This document shows, in pieces, positions 14,602-28,170 of a stretch of 64,000 nucleotides of DNA. A model generated the notes under the pieces. The model did no database searches, was not told where the DNA came from, and saw only the letters and a list, made by a program, of their open reading frames with translations. How positions within the stretch are numbered: the first letter of the stretch is position 1; the number at the start of each line of letters is the position of its first letter. The stretch covers positions 959 through 64,958 of the forward strand of contig JAUCBJ010009089.1 of assembly GCA_032718475.1 (NCBI GenBank), given 5' to 3'. The translations under genes and the position numbers were made by a program. Source of the DNA: Nemertoderma westbladi. Lineage: Eukaryota > Animalia > Xenacoelomorpha.

Positions 14602-15580
14602 CCCTATTAGTACCGGGCTATAAAATGTTGTACAAAGCCCGGGGGGGGGGGGGGGCTGTCTTATTGACCCCCCCCCCCCCTTTAAAATCTACAAAACGAC
14701 AATGTCTGATTTTTTGTTTATACGTAGATTTCACTAGTAGGACCGAAAAATTTGTTCTCTAAAAATGTACTGGAGTGGTTATTTTGCAGCACCAAAATTT
14801 TAAGTAAAGTGAACAATTTTCAAAAAAATTTAAAGTTACAATTTTCGGCTAATCGTTTTTCAATATAGGTTTTCTGGGGCGCAGCATCCATTGGAAAATA
14901 TTTAAAAATAATCTGATTACTATAAATGGCTGTTTTAGTCCTATACGTAGGCAGAAAATGAAAAAAACAAGAAAGCAGCACTTTTCAGTTTGAACATAAA
15001 ATCTTTAATTCACTTATACGATGCTATAAATTCACATTTTCAGGTTTTCTGGGGCGCTGGTTCTAATGGAATACATTTCTAAGTTGTCAGATCATTGCTA
15101 CTTGTATATTGCTAATTTTGGTGCTAGCACCAAATGGCGTACCGATCACCAAAAGTAAAAGTTTGAGAAGTTAAAAGTTTATTGATTCCATCGGATTCAG
15201 GACTCCCAATAACCCGTATAACACTTTAACGTAAGAAACAAGATGATACTATCTATTGATCAATTTGCTTATTTTCAAAAATCTTGTGCTGGCACAAAAA
15301 TTTTCACCCGACGCCGAAAAATACAAGTTTGAGAACTCTTATTAAATTTTTACTTATTCCTTTGAATTCAGAACTGTCACAATCCTTTAAAATGCGAGAA
15401 CAATTTTCACCCAACACCGAAAAATACAAAACCGGTGTAAATCAAAAATAGAGATGTTACAAATAATATTTCATGAAATTTAATTTCCAAAAACGTCTCA
15501 AAAAAAGTGCCAAAAGTAGGGTTAAAAAAAGTGCTATAACTTGAAAACTTCGCAATATTTTTGAAAACCGTTTTCACGAT
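14602..15580 (-). mobile_element. piggyBac-type non-autonomous element, inverted copy of the 12522 family
   Basis: Starts TTAA|CCCTATT with poly-G/poly-C. The body is the reverse complement of the 12522 element body. Confidence 0.6.
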
Positions 15581-16413
15581 GGTCTTAAATTGCAATTGGC
15601 CGTAGGCATGGCAGCCTCTTCTTGGTTACTTATACATTTTTTTTTATCAAGTTTGTCACTTTTGCACAAATTCACCTTTTCATGTCGTTAAGCCACTCCC
15701 ACTATTTCCATACAGCCACTCCCGCTACCTACATTGATAACTTATCTATTTTCTAGTTAAAGATATATTCTTTCTTTGTAGCCTGATGAAACCCGGTTGT
15801 CTCTATTATACCAAACGCTCTCATCGGATTATTACAAGTCGTTTCTGCATATGTGGAATGATAATTAGTAATTAAATATTTCTAATTTACAGCAAAAATA
15901 ATATTAATATCTGCCAATAATGATTCTAATGGAATACATTTCTAAGTTGTCAGATCATTGCTACTTGTACATTGCTAATTTTGGTGCTAGCACCAAAATT
16001 ATTTAACTTGTTTTAGAGTGTGATCCTCGAAATCATATGTCGCTTTTTGTTTCGTTTGTGATCGTTATGTTAGAATGTTTCAACATTGGGAATGTTATAT
16101 ACAATACAACAATATTTATTTATAATAAATTATAATTAATGACATTTGGTAATTTACATTTACACAGTTAAATTTATCAATTTCCATTATACACCTTGTC
16201 AATGAACCGTCAAAATTAATATAACAATTAACTGAAATATAAAGTATAGTCCTAGAATATTAATTATTTCAGTTTATTATAAATTAATACAATTATTATA
16301 TACTGTTATATAACAATATATAATATAACATTATATAATGTTATATACAATTGGCAATTTCACTTGCCTTCAATGATGTTGCCAAGATGATTATTTATTA
16401 CATGGGAAAATTA

Positions 16414-17534
16414 CGGTGGTGATTTGTCGCCAATTAATTTTTTTTGGGATTTAAAATAGTGTTCTTGAAATTAATCTATTCGAAAATAACATTAATATGT
16501 TTTAGCATCGGAAAAATGAATTAATATGTTTTAGTGTTACTAAAAATAGATCTCATTGCTCATTGGTTTCATCCCTTACTAAATTGTTGTGAGTTTCTGT
16601 ACCTACATAACCTACCACTTAGGAGAATAATTCAATTATTTCAGTGTTCTTCTCTTGTCCCATTCAATGATTGTTCTATACTGGGGGAGGCAGACGACCA
16701 GTAACTTCCATTAGTTATTCAGTATTAATGAAAGTATTTGTGATGGTCACAAGGACGTAAGTCGCAAAACTTTTATTGTTCCATTGGCTTTTATTGCGCC
16801 CTCTGGAGGCGCCTCTGGGGCGCATCTCTGCCTTGCATCCTTAAGTGGTAGCTAAATGAGTACTGGAGTTTCCTCTGGGGAGTAAAGTTCTGGGAGGACC
16901 GCACTGGAAATAAGTCGTCAGACTTTGTGCGTAATCCCTGGCCTCGCGGCCAAAGAAAATTTACTTTTTACATTAGATAGAGAATTTTCTCATCTTTCTT
17001 TTTGGCATATAGAATATAGGGGCTTTGGTAATACAAAGCTTTAAAAATTACTAAGCTATCTGGATATAAAACGAAATTTCAGTCACACAGTAGAAAGGGG
17101 CTTAAGTCGCACTTGGTGGGAAATCATACCATTAGGTCTTTAGGTCATTAGGATTGACAATTTGACATACGAAAGCCGACTTTGCGACTTACGTCCTTGT
17201 GACTATCACAAATACTTTCATTAATACTGAATAACTAATGGAAATTTCTGGTCGTCTGCCTCCCCCAGTATAGAACAATCATCGAATGGGACAAGACAAG
17301 AACACTGAAATAATTGAATTATTGTCCTAAGTGGTAGGTTATGTAGGTACAGAAACTCACAGCAATTTAGTAAGGGATGAAACCAATGAGCAATGAGATC
17401 TATTTTTAGTAACACTTAAACATATTAATTCATTTTTCCGATGCTAAAACATATTAATTTTATTTTCGAATGGATTAATTTCAATAAAACAATTTTACAT
17501 CACAAAAAAAAATAAATGGCCACAAACACCACCG
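16414..17534. mobile_element. MITE/foldback with ~355-bp TIRs, TA-flanked (Tc1/mariner-like)
   Basis: 16414-~16770 is the reverse complement of ~17180-17534 at high identity. Ends are TA|CGGTGG ... CCACCG|TA. Confidence 0.8.
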
Positions 17535-17869
17535 TAGAAAAAGGTAGAACTTTTTTCACTATTCTCGAGGAATTTTATTTAAAGATCGCCAGAAAGGCTT
17601 GAGATAATATTGAAAACGAAATGTTGTAAGTTTTTTTTCCCAAGGAAAAAGTAATTAATTATATTCTTTTAAATTGGTACTTTTTGTTGCTTAATTCTTT
17701 AATAAAAAATAGAGCGATATTGTGTTACAAAATAATGTGGACTGCAGTAATATACTATAAAGCTTCCATATTTACTGTGATTCAAATTATTGTACTACTC
17801 TTCAACTCACGATGAATGAAGCCTTACTCAATGTTAAATAATTTAGTGTTCTCGAATATTTATTATGTA

Positions 17870-19555
17870 ACTAGAGAGCCGCTTAACAACGTCGTAAACC
17901 AATATTGGATACTGAGTTCCGTTTTGGAGTACGCCTTGCTCTTGCAGACACTAAAGCAAAATAACTCAAAATAACTTTGAGTGTTGCAAATTCATATTTA
18001 ATTATTTTCTGAGGGATTTATAAGAGTACTGGAGTAGGTTGTAGTTTCGGTACCGGTACTGTATACTGTTATACTGCTGTATGTATATGTTGAACTTTTT
18101 AATGATTGATTTTTATCTTCCATTACTGCATTACTTTCGCAATATTCGTAAGTTCACAAAACCTGCTGCAACTATACGATGACCTGCAAAGAATGTCGAG
18201 AACGCTACAATAACTACAGGGTTTAAACGAAACACAATTACGACAGATCAACAATGATAATTTAATGAAAGCAATTATTGAGGGAAAATTGAGGGCAACA
18301 GACAGACATGGCGATGGCGAAATCCTCCACACTTATGACTAATGACGATGACAACAACTCACTGCTCAAGAACATTGAGATTCTTCTTAATGTTAAGTTT
18401 AACAATAAACTCAGCGATAAAATCGACAAATAACTCGAAGGAGTACAAAATCACAGAAAAACATAACGAATTATCGGGCAAGATCGAAACTGTTGCTAAC
18501 AAACAGGACAAAGATATTGAACGCAACTATCTGCAACGATATCCGAGTCACCCGGGACATCCTCACAACTCAGCAAACGTCCGTCGAAGGAATCTCGAGG
18601 GATCATCGCGCCAACATCCTCATCTTCAGAGGATTACCTGAATATGGAGACTATGGCTCACTGTTAACACAGTGACTGTAACCGAGGTAGAGGGCAAGGT
18701 AAACTTAGTACTATGGACAATCGGGACAACTGTGAAACTGAAGGTTTGATCTACACTAGGAAAGAGTCCAGTCAATGGACGGAACCGTCCTACTTTGGTT
18801 AATTGGTTAAGTTAGACTCTAGAATAAATGAAGAGTTAGATAGATCTTCATGACATAACGACCCACCTCTGACAGCTAAGGAGAGCACAGAAGGCCGAGG
18901 GAGAAACTCAAAACTATCAAAACAACAAGCAACGCACGCGTTTCTTCTGCTGGTAAACTCTATGTCAATGGAGAAATGGTAGACGAATTAACATTAAAAC
19001 TCAGGGTTTTTAAAGATCTTTTTTTAAAATATCGCTACAGGTGTTCTAGATATTAAGAAATAGGTCAAACTCGAACCTATCAAAGCTTCAAGTCATTATA
19101 AATATCAGGGGTTCGGTTACAACCCTCATTGTATCTGCCACATTATCATTCTGTCTGTCACATAGATGGTGATCAACACTTATGACAGCTATTCTTTACA
19201 TTTTATTTTTAATAAACTCATACATTTTATTAGATTATTACATTATAGCTATAACTAACCATTAATTTATTGTACATTAGTATTAGTTTAGTAATTAATA
19301 TATTTATTATTTATTTACATAGGTATAGACACAATTACGTGTTTTAGTGCTTATTTTGCTTATTTTAGTATATTATTATAATAAAATAATTAAATATTTT
19401 TACTGCATGATATATATATATATATATATAACATATTGCGTAGCGTGTTTTAAACTGATAATTTTATGCTTCATTTTATGTTCTAGTGCTTGGTGTGCTT
19501 CTTATTGATATAATCAACCTGTACTTTTGATTTGTCAATAAAGTAATAATAATAA
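17870..19555 (+). mobile_element. Degenerate CR1-like LINE retaining ORF1 and the 3' tail, ORF2 mostly absent
   Basis: Frameshifted coiled-coil stretch plus RDHRANILIFRGLPE, resembling the CR1-type ORF1 RRM start. Ends ...TGTCAATAAAGTAATAATAAT. Boundaries are approximate. Confidence 0.5.
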
Positions 19556-20529
19556 TTTATATGGATTTTGCTAAAATTACTTGCAAACCTTTTCTACTTC
19601 GATGACCTTTCAAAACATGTGTTTTGTAAAAAAGTACAATCCATGGAATCTTTTAGGTTAGTTTTCCTAGGGAACTAAAAATACTCCTTTTTCTCCCAAT
19701 TTTGTGGTATATTTGATTGAAAGAGTACCAATTTATAACTAAAATAAATTTCCAAGAATATTCTCAGCTAAGAAGTTTAATATTGCGGGTTAGTCACCAT
19801 AAAATAAAAACATCAATGATGATTTTTGGTACATACCTAAACATACAATCCATTTGGTAATCATTAGCACCTGTTTTTAAGTTCTTGCAATTAAATGATA
19901 AGAGTTTTCTCCATTTGAGTTATATATATATATTGTTTGGTGCCTACCCTTCTTAAATAATTAATAGATGTTCACCATAATTTTGTTAGCAAGTGCCAAC
20001 CAGTTTCTATGCAGTGGATCTTGGGTAACGAAATGTAGAGGTAGATAAAACTGGGCGAATCGATTATAATTTATTCTTCTATGATTATAAATAAATTGTT
20101 CAATAAACCCAATATACATTTCATACATTTCTTTACATTCTGTTCAGAGAATTTAAATAGTTTTAAGTAAACATTATATGTTTAATTAACATTAAGCGTT
20201 TTAGCATATTGAAAATTATATATTTCTTCACATCTCAATGAAAAATATCAATTTGTTACTTCTGTTATATAGTCCTACAGTATATAGCAGAAGTTGATTG
20301 CATGCGCTATACACCCTGCCCCCCCCCCCCCCCCCCCCCCCTAATTTTTTACGAATCTTAATTAGATTGCAGGAAGTCACCAGGTCATGTATGCTGGGAT
20401 ATTGATTCAGAAAACTTGTCCCCTCCATCCAGTATAGAGGCGGTGGCTGCATAGATCATCTTATTAAGGGCAAAATCTGATCCTGTAACAATGATTAACA
20501 ATGAGCCCCTTCGTTCTGAGATAGTTAAT

Positions 20530-21530
20530 AAACCCTTGGTCCTGGGTTAGGGACAGTGTACAAGGCATGGCCCAGCAGATTAGCTGCATTGCAAATGTTT
20601 AGTCATGGGCTTCAGAGTAGGTATGGGGGATCTACCCCATATCTGACTCAACTGCAACACCCGCCCTGTGTAATGGCAAACCAGGGTGTGGTATGTGCCC
20701 CGAGAGTTGACTCGTCAAAAAAGAAGGTATGGCCACTCGAGGGCAGTGGCATTACCGGATACAATTAGCCTCACAGGCGTCAGTTTTCTCCTGACACCCC
20801 ACAGAAGAGAGAGTGAGAGAGTGGCAAATAATTCTATGAGTCCCTTTAGTGATGACATTTCTGACCCAAACCCTGGGTCACAAGGGAGGCCAGATTGCGA
20901 GGGGGGAGATTGATGCTGGAGTTGGAGTCTACTCTCATGTCCACCCCGACCAACTAAACCATTGGTGAACCTGAAGTAAGTCACTAGACTAGCCTTAGGT
21001 AATACCCTAACACTCGGGTGGACAATGTCACAATGACTGACTGCCATTGGCAGATAAGCTTTCTCTTAGAGCAGTTGAGTATTCAAGAACACCAAATGCA
21101 GACTGGACAGACTGATGCGGTTCTGATTAAGGTCATGGGGGCGGTGGGCAACTTGCCCTCGCTTCAGCAGATGATAGTGGCAATGGAGGAGTAGGTCTAT
21201 TGATAAATCCAATGGCACATGCAGGATTGGACAAAAGATACATACTAGAAGGAGCTCAACTGTTCCTCAGCTCATTAGAACAGGCAGCTTCTAGTGTGGG
21301 TAATTTTATTAACTCCATAACGACCTCAATTTTGAAAGTTATAACTTTGAAAGTCCTCAGTAAATATCTGATCGTATGAGCATAAGTTCAAAGGATGGTG
21401 TGCTTGAGCATGTTGGCGACTTCTGTTACCTGGGATCATGGATCCGGAAGTCAGGTGGAAGACCTTCGAATATGTAAGGGAAACGCTGGGCAGCATTCAA
21501 TGGGCTTTCCAGGATTTGGAAGTCACACAG
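20530..21530 (+). mobile_element. Internally deleted copy of the RTE-like LINE family
   Basis: 21000-21240 matches 30084-30320 and 21263-21525 matches 31787-32050. The 5' part matches 28440-28745. Confidence 0.75.
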
Positions 21531-23469
21531 AATACATATTGCATGGTGGTAATATTGCATAGTGGTGGCAAAATATTTTTGTTAAGCCAGCATATCATCT
21601 CAAACTGCAGATCTAAAGCAGCAGGCTGATTATAGATTGATGACCTTTGAAATTGAGATAGTTTCACCTCCCCTCTCTGCAGTGGATGTCAATTTTACCC
21701 AAAATCAATTTTACTTAAAATTATGGAAAAATATTGGAAGTCTCAAGTTAAGTTACCTTAAGATATGGTTCTGTTACAATTGACTTTATACTACTGCGCG
21801 TACACAGACCTTATCTGAAATTAGGCAGTGTTAGTCCTCGATAGTACAGTACACCATTACAATCTAATTTTTGTATAATAGTACAGTACAATATTTATAC
21901 CAATATTTTCTAAATAAATGTTGGATTCTCGTTTTTGACAAGCAATGTTGGCCATCCATCGCATGGTATTTCAGAGATATCTGAAAAAAGTATTGATATA
22001 AATTCGGATTTTGAAGATAATTTCTTGAGTTTTTCAATTTGACGTGTGTCCTATATGACCAAGTTGAGGCCATAAACTAATATCTGATTGGCTAGTTGGA
22101 TTAGAGGTAAAAAAAGGATTACTTCATCTCAGTATTCTCATCATGACTTATGAGAATATATGTGTCTTAATATTTATGTTACTCATCTTCATTGACAAAG
22201 TACTTTTGCAAACACCAGCACCAGGTGCGTTTAAAAGAGGGGATTGTATTCTTAAATATTTAATTGTAATTATAAGGGTTTCTTAATTCGCCATCGAAAA
22301 CATTTTATTTAACCTTGAAGCCAATTGTGCAAATTAGAGGCATCAATTGAGAACCTGTAAAAAACGACAGGTAATTAATTGGCTGCAATTTTTGTATGCT
22401 TCTTCAATAATCTGTACATGTCAAAAACGCGCATGTTCAATACTTGAGACTAACACAGTTAGCTGAATCGAGATACTAACTCATTTGTTTGGGTGCGGTT
22501 TCTCTTTATAATGAGAGCATCCATATTTCTGATGGTGTATGATTTACATTCAATCTGGAAGCAGAAGCCTTTGGATCACCATTGTCTTACAGATTTGAGT
22601 TGGTGACGACTTTGATGTTCTGTTAGTTGTCTGTCTGTAACTTTATTGTTCATCTGAGAAGAAGCTGCCTCCAATATTAGTCATTTTGTATGTAACAATA
22701 AGTTTAAACTTCTGACAGTAAAATAATATAGATTCTGACCAGCATTATATAAATGGATAGTAATAACATTACTCAAAGGCTTCAAGAACATACTATTTTT
22801 TCAGGACATTGCACTTTGAATCTACTAGTTTTTTTTTTTGAAGGCTTATTTTTTCATGATTTTGGTATATTTTAATACTATATGTATAGGGAATCTGTAG
22901 GTTTAGGGTATCTGGTAACTTATAGGTAGGTTATTTGCGTGCTTTGGGGGCCAATTATCTCTATGAGGGCCGCCACACAAGTTTTAAAATCTATACCATT
23001 GACAGATCCTGTCATTTATTTGTTTTATAAATTCTAAATATTCCATTGCTATTAAATAATAATTATCATTCCACATACACAGAAACGACTTGTAATGGTC
23101 CGATGAGCAATTGGTATAATAGAGACAGCCCGGGTGCGTCAGGCGACTATGAACTTCTATCTATTCTACTAGAAGATACAACTTCTGCATCTTATCAATG
23201 TAAGTAGTATAAAGATGCAGTAATTCAAAAAATTTAATTAATTAATTAATTTTATGCCAATATTTTTATTCCTTTACAGTAGAAGGTATGAGAAAGTAAA
23301 AGTATAAAATTAACACAACTTGCTCAAAGAGGGCGATCTCCCATCATTAAATCCGTTGTTAGATTTAGCCTGGCAGGAAGGCATTACTGTCTGGAATGGT
23401 AATTAACTACAATTATTATCCACAATTTTTTCTCAACCGTGAATGTATGGCTTAAGATATAATAAATTT

Positions 23470-23875
23470 CACCTGCATTTCACCTCTATGGATGGAGTCG
23501 AATGCTTTCTTGAAGTCCTCAAATATTAGGACTGTAGGGAGATTATTTGATTTAATTTCATCTATTTGGACAAATCCGTTTTGGCTCTTGCGCAGCAGTA
23601 TCTCTATGTGAGGCGAATTCTAGATAGAATCATTTTGTTGTATATCCTGGCAGCTACAGCAAGCAGACAGATCCCACGATAGTTTGTTGGTATATCAAAG
23701 TCTCATTTCTTGGAGAGTTTTGTTGACTTTTAGTCCAAATTGGTGGTGGCTTTTCCCCTTTCAGCATCAGGTTGCAAACATCCAATAATGGTATGTTTAG
23801 CACTCCCATTTTCCATTCCTCTGCAAGGATTTCATCTAATCAACTCGATTTATGATTGGACATGCTTTTAATGCT
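23470..23875 (-). mobile_element. Degenerate LINE RT fragment
   Basis: Minus strand encodes NYRGICLLAVAARIYNKMILSRIR and AQEPKRI-like segments from the RT N-terminus. Confidence 0.6.
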
Positions 23876-23880
23876 TCTTT

Positions 23881-23957
23881 GTGGGGCGAGCCACGAAGTT
23901 GGCGGAGCCTTAGCGAATTGACACTGTTAGGGGGTGGGTCAATTTATGCAAATAGTT

Positions 23958-23999
<42 letters not shown>

Positions 24000-24376
24000 G
24001 TCGTTACGATTTTGACATGCTAATAACTTTGTCGGATTTAAAGCTGCCAAGTTGAAAATTTGTAGGTATCAATATGAGCAAAAGTTGAGATTTTTGAGAG
24101 ACTTTCAGACACCATCAGTGCAATGGTCTCCCGCTAGAGGGCCACATGTCTAAACATTAAATGCCCTCCCATTTCTTTGCTTTTAATCCGTTTAAGCTGA
24201 AACTTGGCAGATATGTATTAGACCATTAGCTGTGACTTTCAAAGGAGGCGAATCCATCTGCAGTTCTCCAGTCTGCCGCTAGAGGGCCAACGTGACTATT
24301 TGCATAAATTGACCTACCCCCTAACAGTGTCAATTCGCTAAGGCTCTGCCAACTTCGTGCTGCGCGAAGTCCCCAC
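23881..24376. mobile_element. MITE with ~75-bp TIRs and an internal (GTC)n microsatellite
   Basis: GTGGGG..AGCCTTAGCGAATTGACACTGTTAGGGG..ATTTATGCAAATAG is inverted at 24296-24376. (GTC)n at 23958-24003. The CCGCTAGAGGGCC motif is also present, inverted, at ~7965 and ~8120. Confidence 0.75.
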
Positions 24377-24414
24377 TTCTTGTATGACATACATTTAGTA
24401 TTAATATTCAATGT

Positions 24415-24775
24415 TTTTTTTCTCAGTGTATTTATTTTCTCAATGTATTTATTTTCTCAATATTTGATTGGTCATGCTTTTTTCTCAACATCTGATTGGT
24501 AAAATCTAAAATAATTTTTTTCTCAATGTTTTTTTTCTCAATATATTATTTTATTTTCTCAATGTTTTTTTTCTCAATGTATTTAATTTCTCAATGTTTT
24601 TTTCTCAATATCTGATTGGTCAAACCGTGTATTTATTTTCGCAATGTTTTTTTTCTCTATATCTGATTGGCCAGCCTTGCCTTTTTTTGCTTAATATCTG
24701 ATTGGATAAACCGTGAATTTTTTTCTCAATATCTGATTGGATAAACCGTGAAATTTTTTCTCAATATCTGATCGC
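24415..24775. repeat. Degenerate tandem array of TTTTTTCTCAAT(ATCTGATTGG)
   Basis: Many irregular copies directly upstream of the integrase remnant. Confidence 0.75.
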
Positions 24776-24857
24776 ACCTCCAGCTGTCTGCCACTACAGC
24801 AATACATTTGGTTCTTCTGCAATCCCTGCCTATTGAACCGGTAAGCTAGGCCAATGC

Positions 24858-25450
24858 CATAAGGGTACAGAGACAGGAAAGCTAACTAGCTTGCACGCTT
24901 TTATGATTTCCGAACTCGATGTTATGGAGGAGTGCACGGATTCAATTATTTACGGCCCTTCAAACACTAATAAAATTGAAAGGTAGTGGAAGGAGTTACA
25001 CCAGCGTATGGAAGTTTACTTTAAGGGCCAATTACGAGAAGTTATAGAATGGCATAAGTACATTCCAAACAACAAGGAACACCGCCAGCTCCTAGCTTAT
25101 ATCTATATTCCTATTATTCAACGTGAATGTGATATCTTTGCGAATAACTGGAACTCACACCGCATTCGTTCGCAAAACATTGATTTACCTACCGGGGTTC
25201 CAAATGTAATGTTTGACTTTCCACAGAACTACAACGGGCACAACTATGGAGTTGGCGTTGAGCGGGACTGTTTAGATCACACATATGAGTGCGCCGGGCT
25301 GAATGGCTTAGATCACAACGATTTCATGAATGAACTAATATGCGTGCACAGTGTGAGGAACTGGTTCCCAATCCAGGGTTAAACATCGCAAGTTCTGAAG
25401 CAAAAGCTGCTTACCTGTATTTACAAGGTAGATACCAACTACCAGGCTAA
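24858..25450 (+). pseudogene. Integrase-core DDE transposase remnant (IS3EU-like)
   Basis: KGTETGK..IYGPSNTNKIER*WKELHQRMEVYFK..YIYIPIIQRECDIFANNWNSHRIR..LPTGVPNVMF. One in-frame stop, a later frameshift, and the N-terminus is missing. Confidence 0.7.
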
Positions 25451-25707
25451 CAATTGAAAAACTAAATTTCAAAACTAATTCGTACAAAAACAAGATGAAT
25501 TTTATATTTCAATCAAAGGTTTCAATTATATTTCAAAACACACAGCTATTAAAATTTAGCACAAATTCAAACATGCTGTATACAATTATTAATTAAACTG
25601 ACCCACATAATGTGGTATACAAAACAAAACTGTAGTATACAATTATTAATTAAACCAAACCACATAATGTGGTATACAAAACAAATGATCTGTGACCTAG
25701 AAATAGT

Positions 25708-26935
25708 TTATTCTACAACTTCAATGGATTCTTCAGGGCAATATTTATTGCATTGATGTCCCTTAAAGAACGAGTCAATGGCATAGCCCAAACAGTTACC
25801 TGCGCAGAAGTACATCTCATTGTCAATGTCCGAGGCGTCAACAGTCGAGATTTCTGGGTCATAGTCGATAGCCACTTCCCTGTATATCGAGAAGAAGCAT
25901 CTTATTCTTAGTATACACATATGAGAAGTGCGCCAGGGCTCCAGCCTTCTCGACCAGTTGACAAGTTTCCCCATCCTCTCCATGGATCACTACACCGAGA
26001 TTGGTGATATACTTCCTAAAGTTTCTTTCAACAAATTCTTCGATATACATATTCACATATTCCACTTCGGAACCATCCCCGTTATAGACTTCTCCATACC
26101 AGCATTTGTTGTAGAGAAAGTTATTTTTGAATGTTTCTCGACCATCCGACTTCTCGCATGCAGCTTTGCAGAATTCAAAGGCGATTCGATGGGCCACAGC
26201 ATGCATCTGTACTTTGCATCTCTACTGTTTTTTTGCATGTTGGCCAAGAGGAACCTGTACTTCCTTTTCAATGTCTTTAATGGACGGTTTGTAACGCTTT
26301 AGGACATACTTAAAATTGCCTAAATAAGCAATATATGCCGATCTAAAACCACCCTCCGAAAACGGTTTCTTCTCTACATCGTAAATCTTAATCTCACTGG
26401 GACTCCAGCTGTAATTGTCTAAGTTGAAGAGAGAAATTGTAACCTCTGTTTTCTCGAGGTTTTCGGTGCACAGCTTACCAGGTTTTAATAATCGCGATAA
26501 AGTAACTGATTTAGGATAAGATCGATTAAACGTATCACATTGATTTTGATTACCGATACATAGGCTCGTACCCGTACTGCTAGAAGATGAGGACCCCATT
26601 GACGACTGTGACTGACATTGGCCAGCATTCGGTTGATCGCTAATGATAAATCGCACATAGAAGATCTTCTTCCCATCAATCTGCGCTATGTTCGAGCAGT
26701 TTGGCCCGCGATCGCTTGCCAGAATGTCACATGAACCATTGGGTTCTTTGTACCACGTCTTGCAAGCCAGTTTAATGTTTTCAATCGATAAATCGTCATA
26801 TTCTTCGAATTCGACAAATTGACGCGGTCCAATGGGATCGTACTTAGACTTTCATGTATCGGTAGTGTGCGCTGAGAGACGTTGTACAGTTAACCACATA
26901 GGAGCTCTACCGCGTTTCCTGTTGCATGTTTTCAT
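25708..26935 (-). pseudogene. Intronless alpha-type protein kinase (eEF2K/TRPM7 kinase family) pseudogene
   Basis: KPFSEGGFRSAY, YVLKRY, MHAVAHRIA, IEEFVERNFRKYITN, ALAHFSY..LLDIQG..YDPEIS and FCAGNCLGYAIDSFFKGHQCNKYC spread over three frames. The N-terminal domain LTVQRLSA..IGPRQFV..ENIKLAC..CDILASDRGP has an in-frame TGA at 26852-26854. Confidence 0.9.
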
Positions 26936-27299
26936 CCTCTTTTTACTGAGCTTATCTTAGATGTCTTTAAAATTAGGCAGTGGTCAATGGTAAGCCATGT
27001 CCAGATGTTGTCACCGCAGTACCGGCAGACCAATATTCCAGGCAGCCAGGTCAGGTAGGCATACTATGTACTACTGGCAGACTAGCCTTAGAGGAAGTAC
27101 TATTGCAGTATTGTGTAACGGTACGACATTGTGTATCGTGTACCAGTACCTGTACTGGAATACTGTCAATACGCTGTACTACAATACAACAATGCTGCAA
27201 TAGCTAGATAGCGGTGGCGGTTTCCGGGTTTGGTACCATACTGCTGCACTGCAGTACTATAGGCCTCTTTCCGGTAGGCCTACAATACAGTCAGACAGT

Positions 27300-27585
27300 G
27301 CTGTCATAGTGAGCTCGTTGGGCCACAGAATTTGATTTTGACCTTTACAAATATATAGTGAGCTCAATGGGCCACCTGTAAAATATGATTTCAATTCTTA
27401 ATTTCCGATTTGCGATTTACAGTTTGCAATTTAAGATTGACTTTGAAATGCAAATATTTGTTTTTCAAATTGTAATTTCAAACTCTAATTTCAATTTTCG
27501 TTTTTTTGAAATAGTTGCATGTTTTGTTTGTAATCTAAAATAATATTTTCAGTTAAAAAAGCAGTGAGCCCGATGGGTCACCATA
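27300..27585. mobile_element. Probable right end (TIR and subterminal repeats) of the integrase/alpha-kinase element
   Basis: AGTGAGCYCRNTGGGYCAC occurs three times (~27308, ~27356, ~27563), and the last copy ends CCATA. Short AATTTCAATTT-like repeats lie between. A related end, TATGGTGGCCCATTAGAGC, occurs at 35865. Confidence 0.55.
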
Positions 27586-27589
27586 CTTT

Positions 27590-28170
27590 AGCACAACGTT
27601 TCCGACCAGATACATCATTAATAGTTTGCCAGGTAGTCTTGATTATTGCTAATCACTTGTAATTTCTTCAATTTTGTCCTGCATGTACTGTACGTACGTC
27701 TCCTGGCTGATGTTGTAGGCCAATTTCAGATCTTCCAAAGCGTACTCAACATTGTTGATGTTTTTGGTTGTTCGGTTTTCACTCTGGAGGCTATCTTAAG
27801 ATCTTCTCTCTTACAAGTAACCTCAGAGTCTTCCCATGGCACATATTGTTTTCGTTTGGGTTTCTGGGGAATATGCTTATTGGATGATTCCTTGTGGGCT
27901 TTTATTATATTCTGGTATATTGAAGTGGTATACTGGTCTAAATCCATTGACTGAAGTACTCCAAAGCGGTTTTGAACTTCTACTGTGTAAGCATCCTTTA
28001 CAGCATTGTCAGTTCTGAGTTTCTCCCAATAATAGTTGATTTGCTTGCATGTCCTGGGTTTGCTGGCTCTCACACTAAGTCTGATCTCTGCAGTCACAAT
28101 TCTGTGGTCCACACCTATTAGGTTGAGTTAGCTGTATGCCGCACAGTTAATCTTGATGTTTCTCCACTTT
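27590..28170 (-). mobile_element. RTE-like LINE ORF2 fragment (end of endonuclease and linker)
   Basis: DHRIVTAEIRLSVR..YTVEVQNRFGVL..IPQKPKRKQYVPWED (ORF 27726-28112). Confidence 0.7.

Noticed and set aside
22540-23400. Possible exons at 22545-22715 (-) and 23280-23398 (+)
   Set aside because: Splice-like sites exist, but I found no frame that stays open from acceptor to donor.
23852-24055. Poly-Arg ORF
   Set aside because: It is the translation of the (GTC)n microsatellite inside a MITE.
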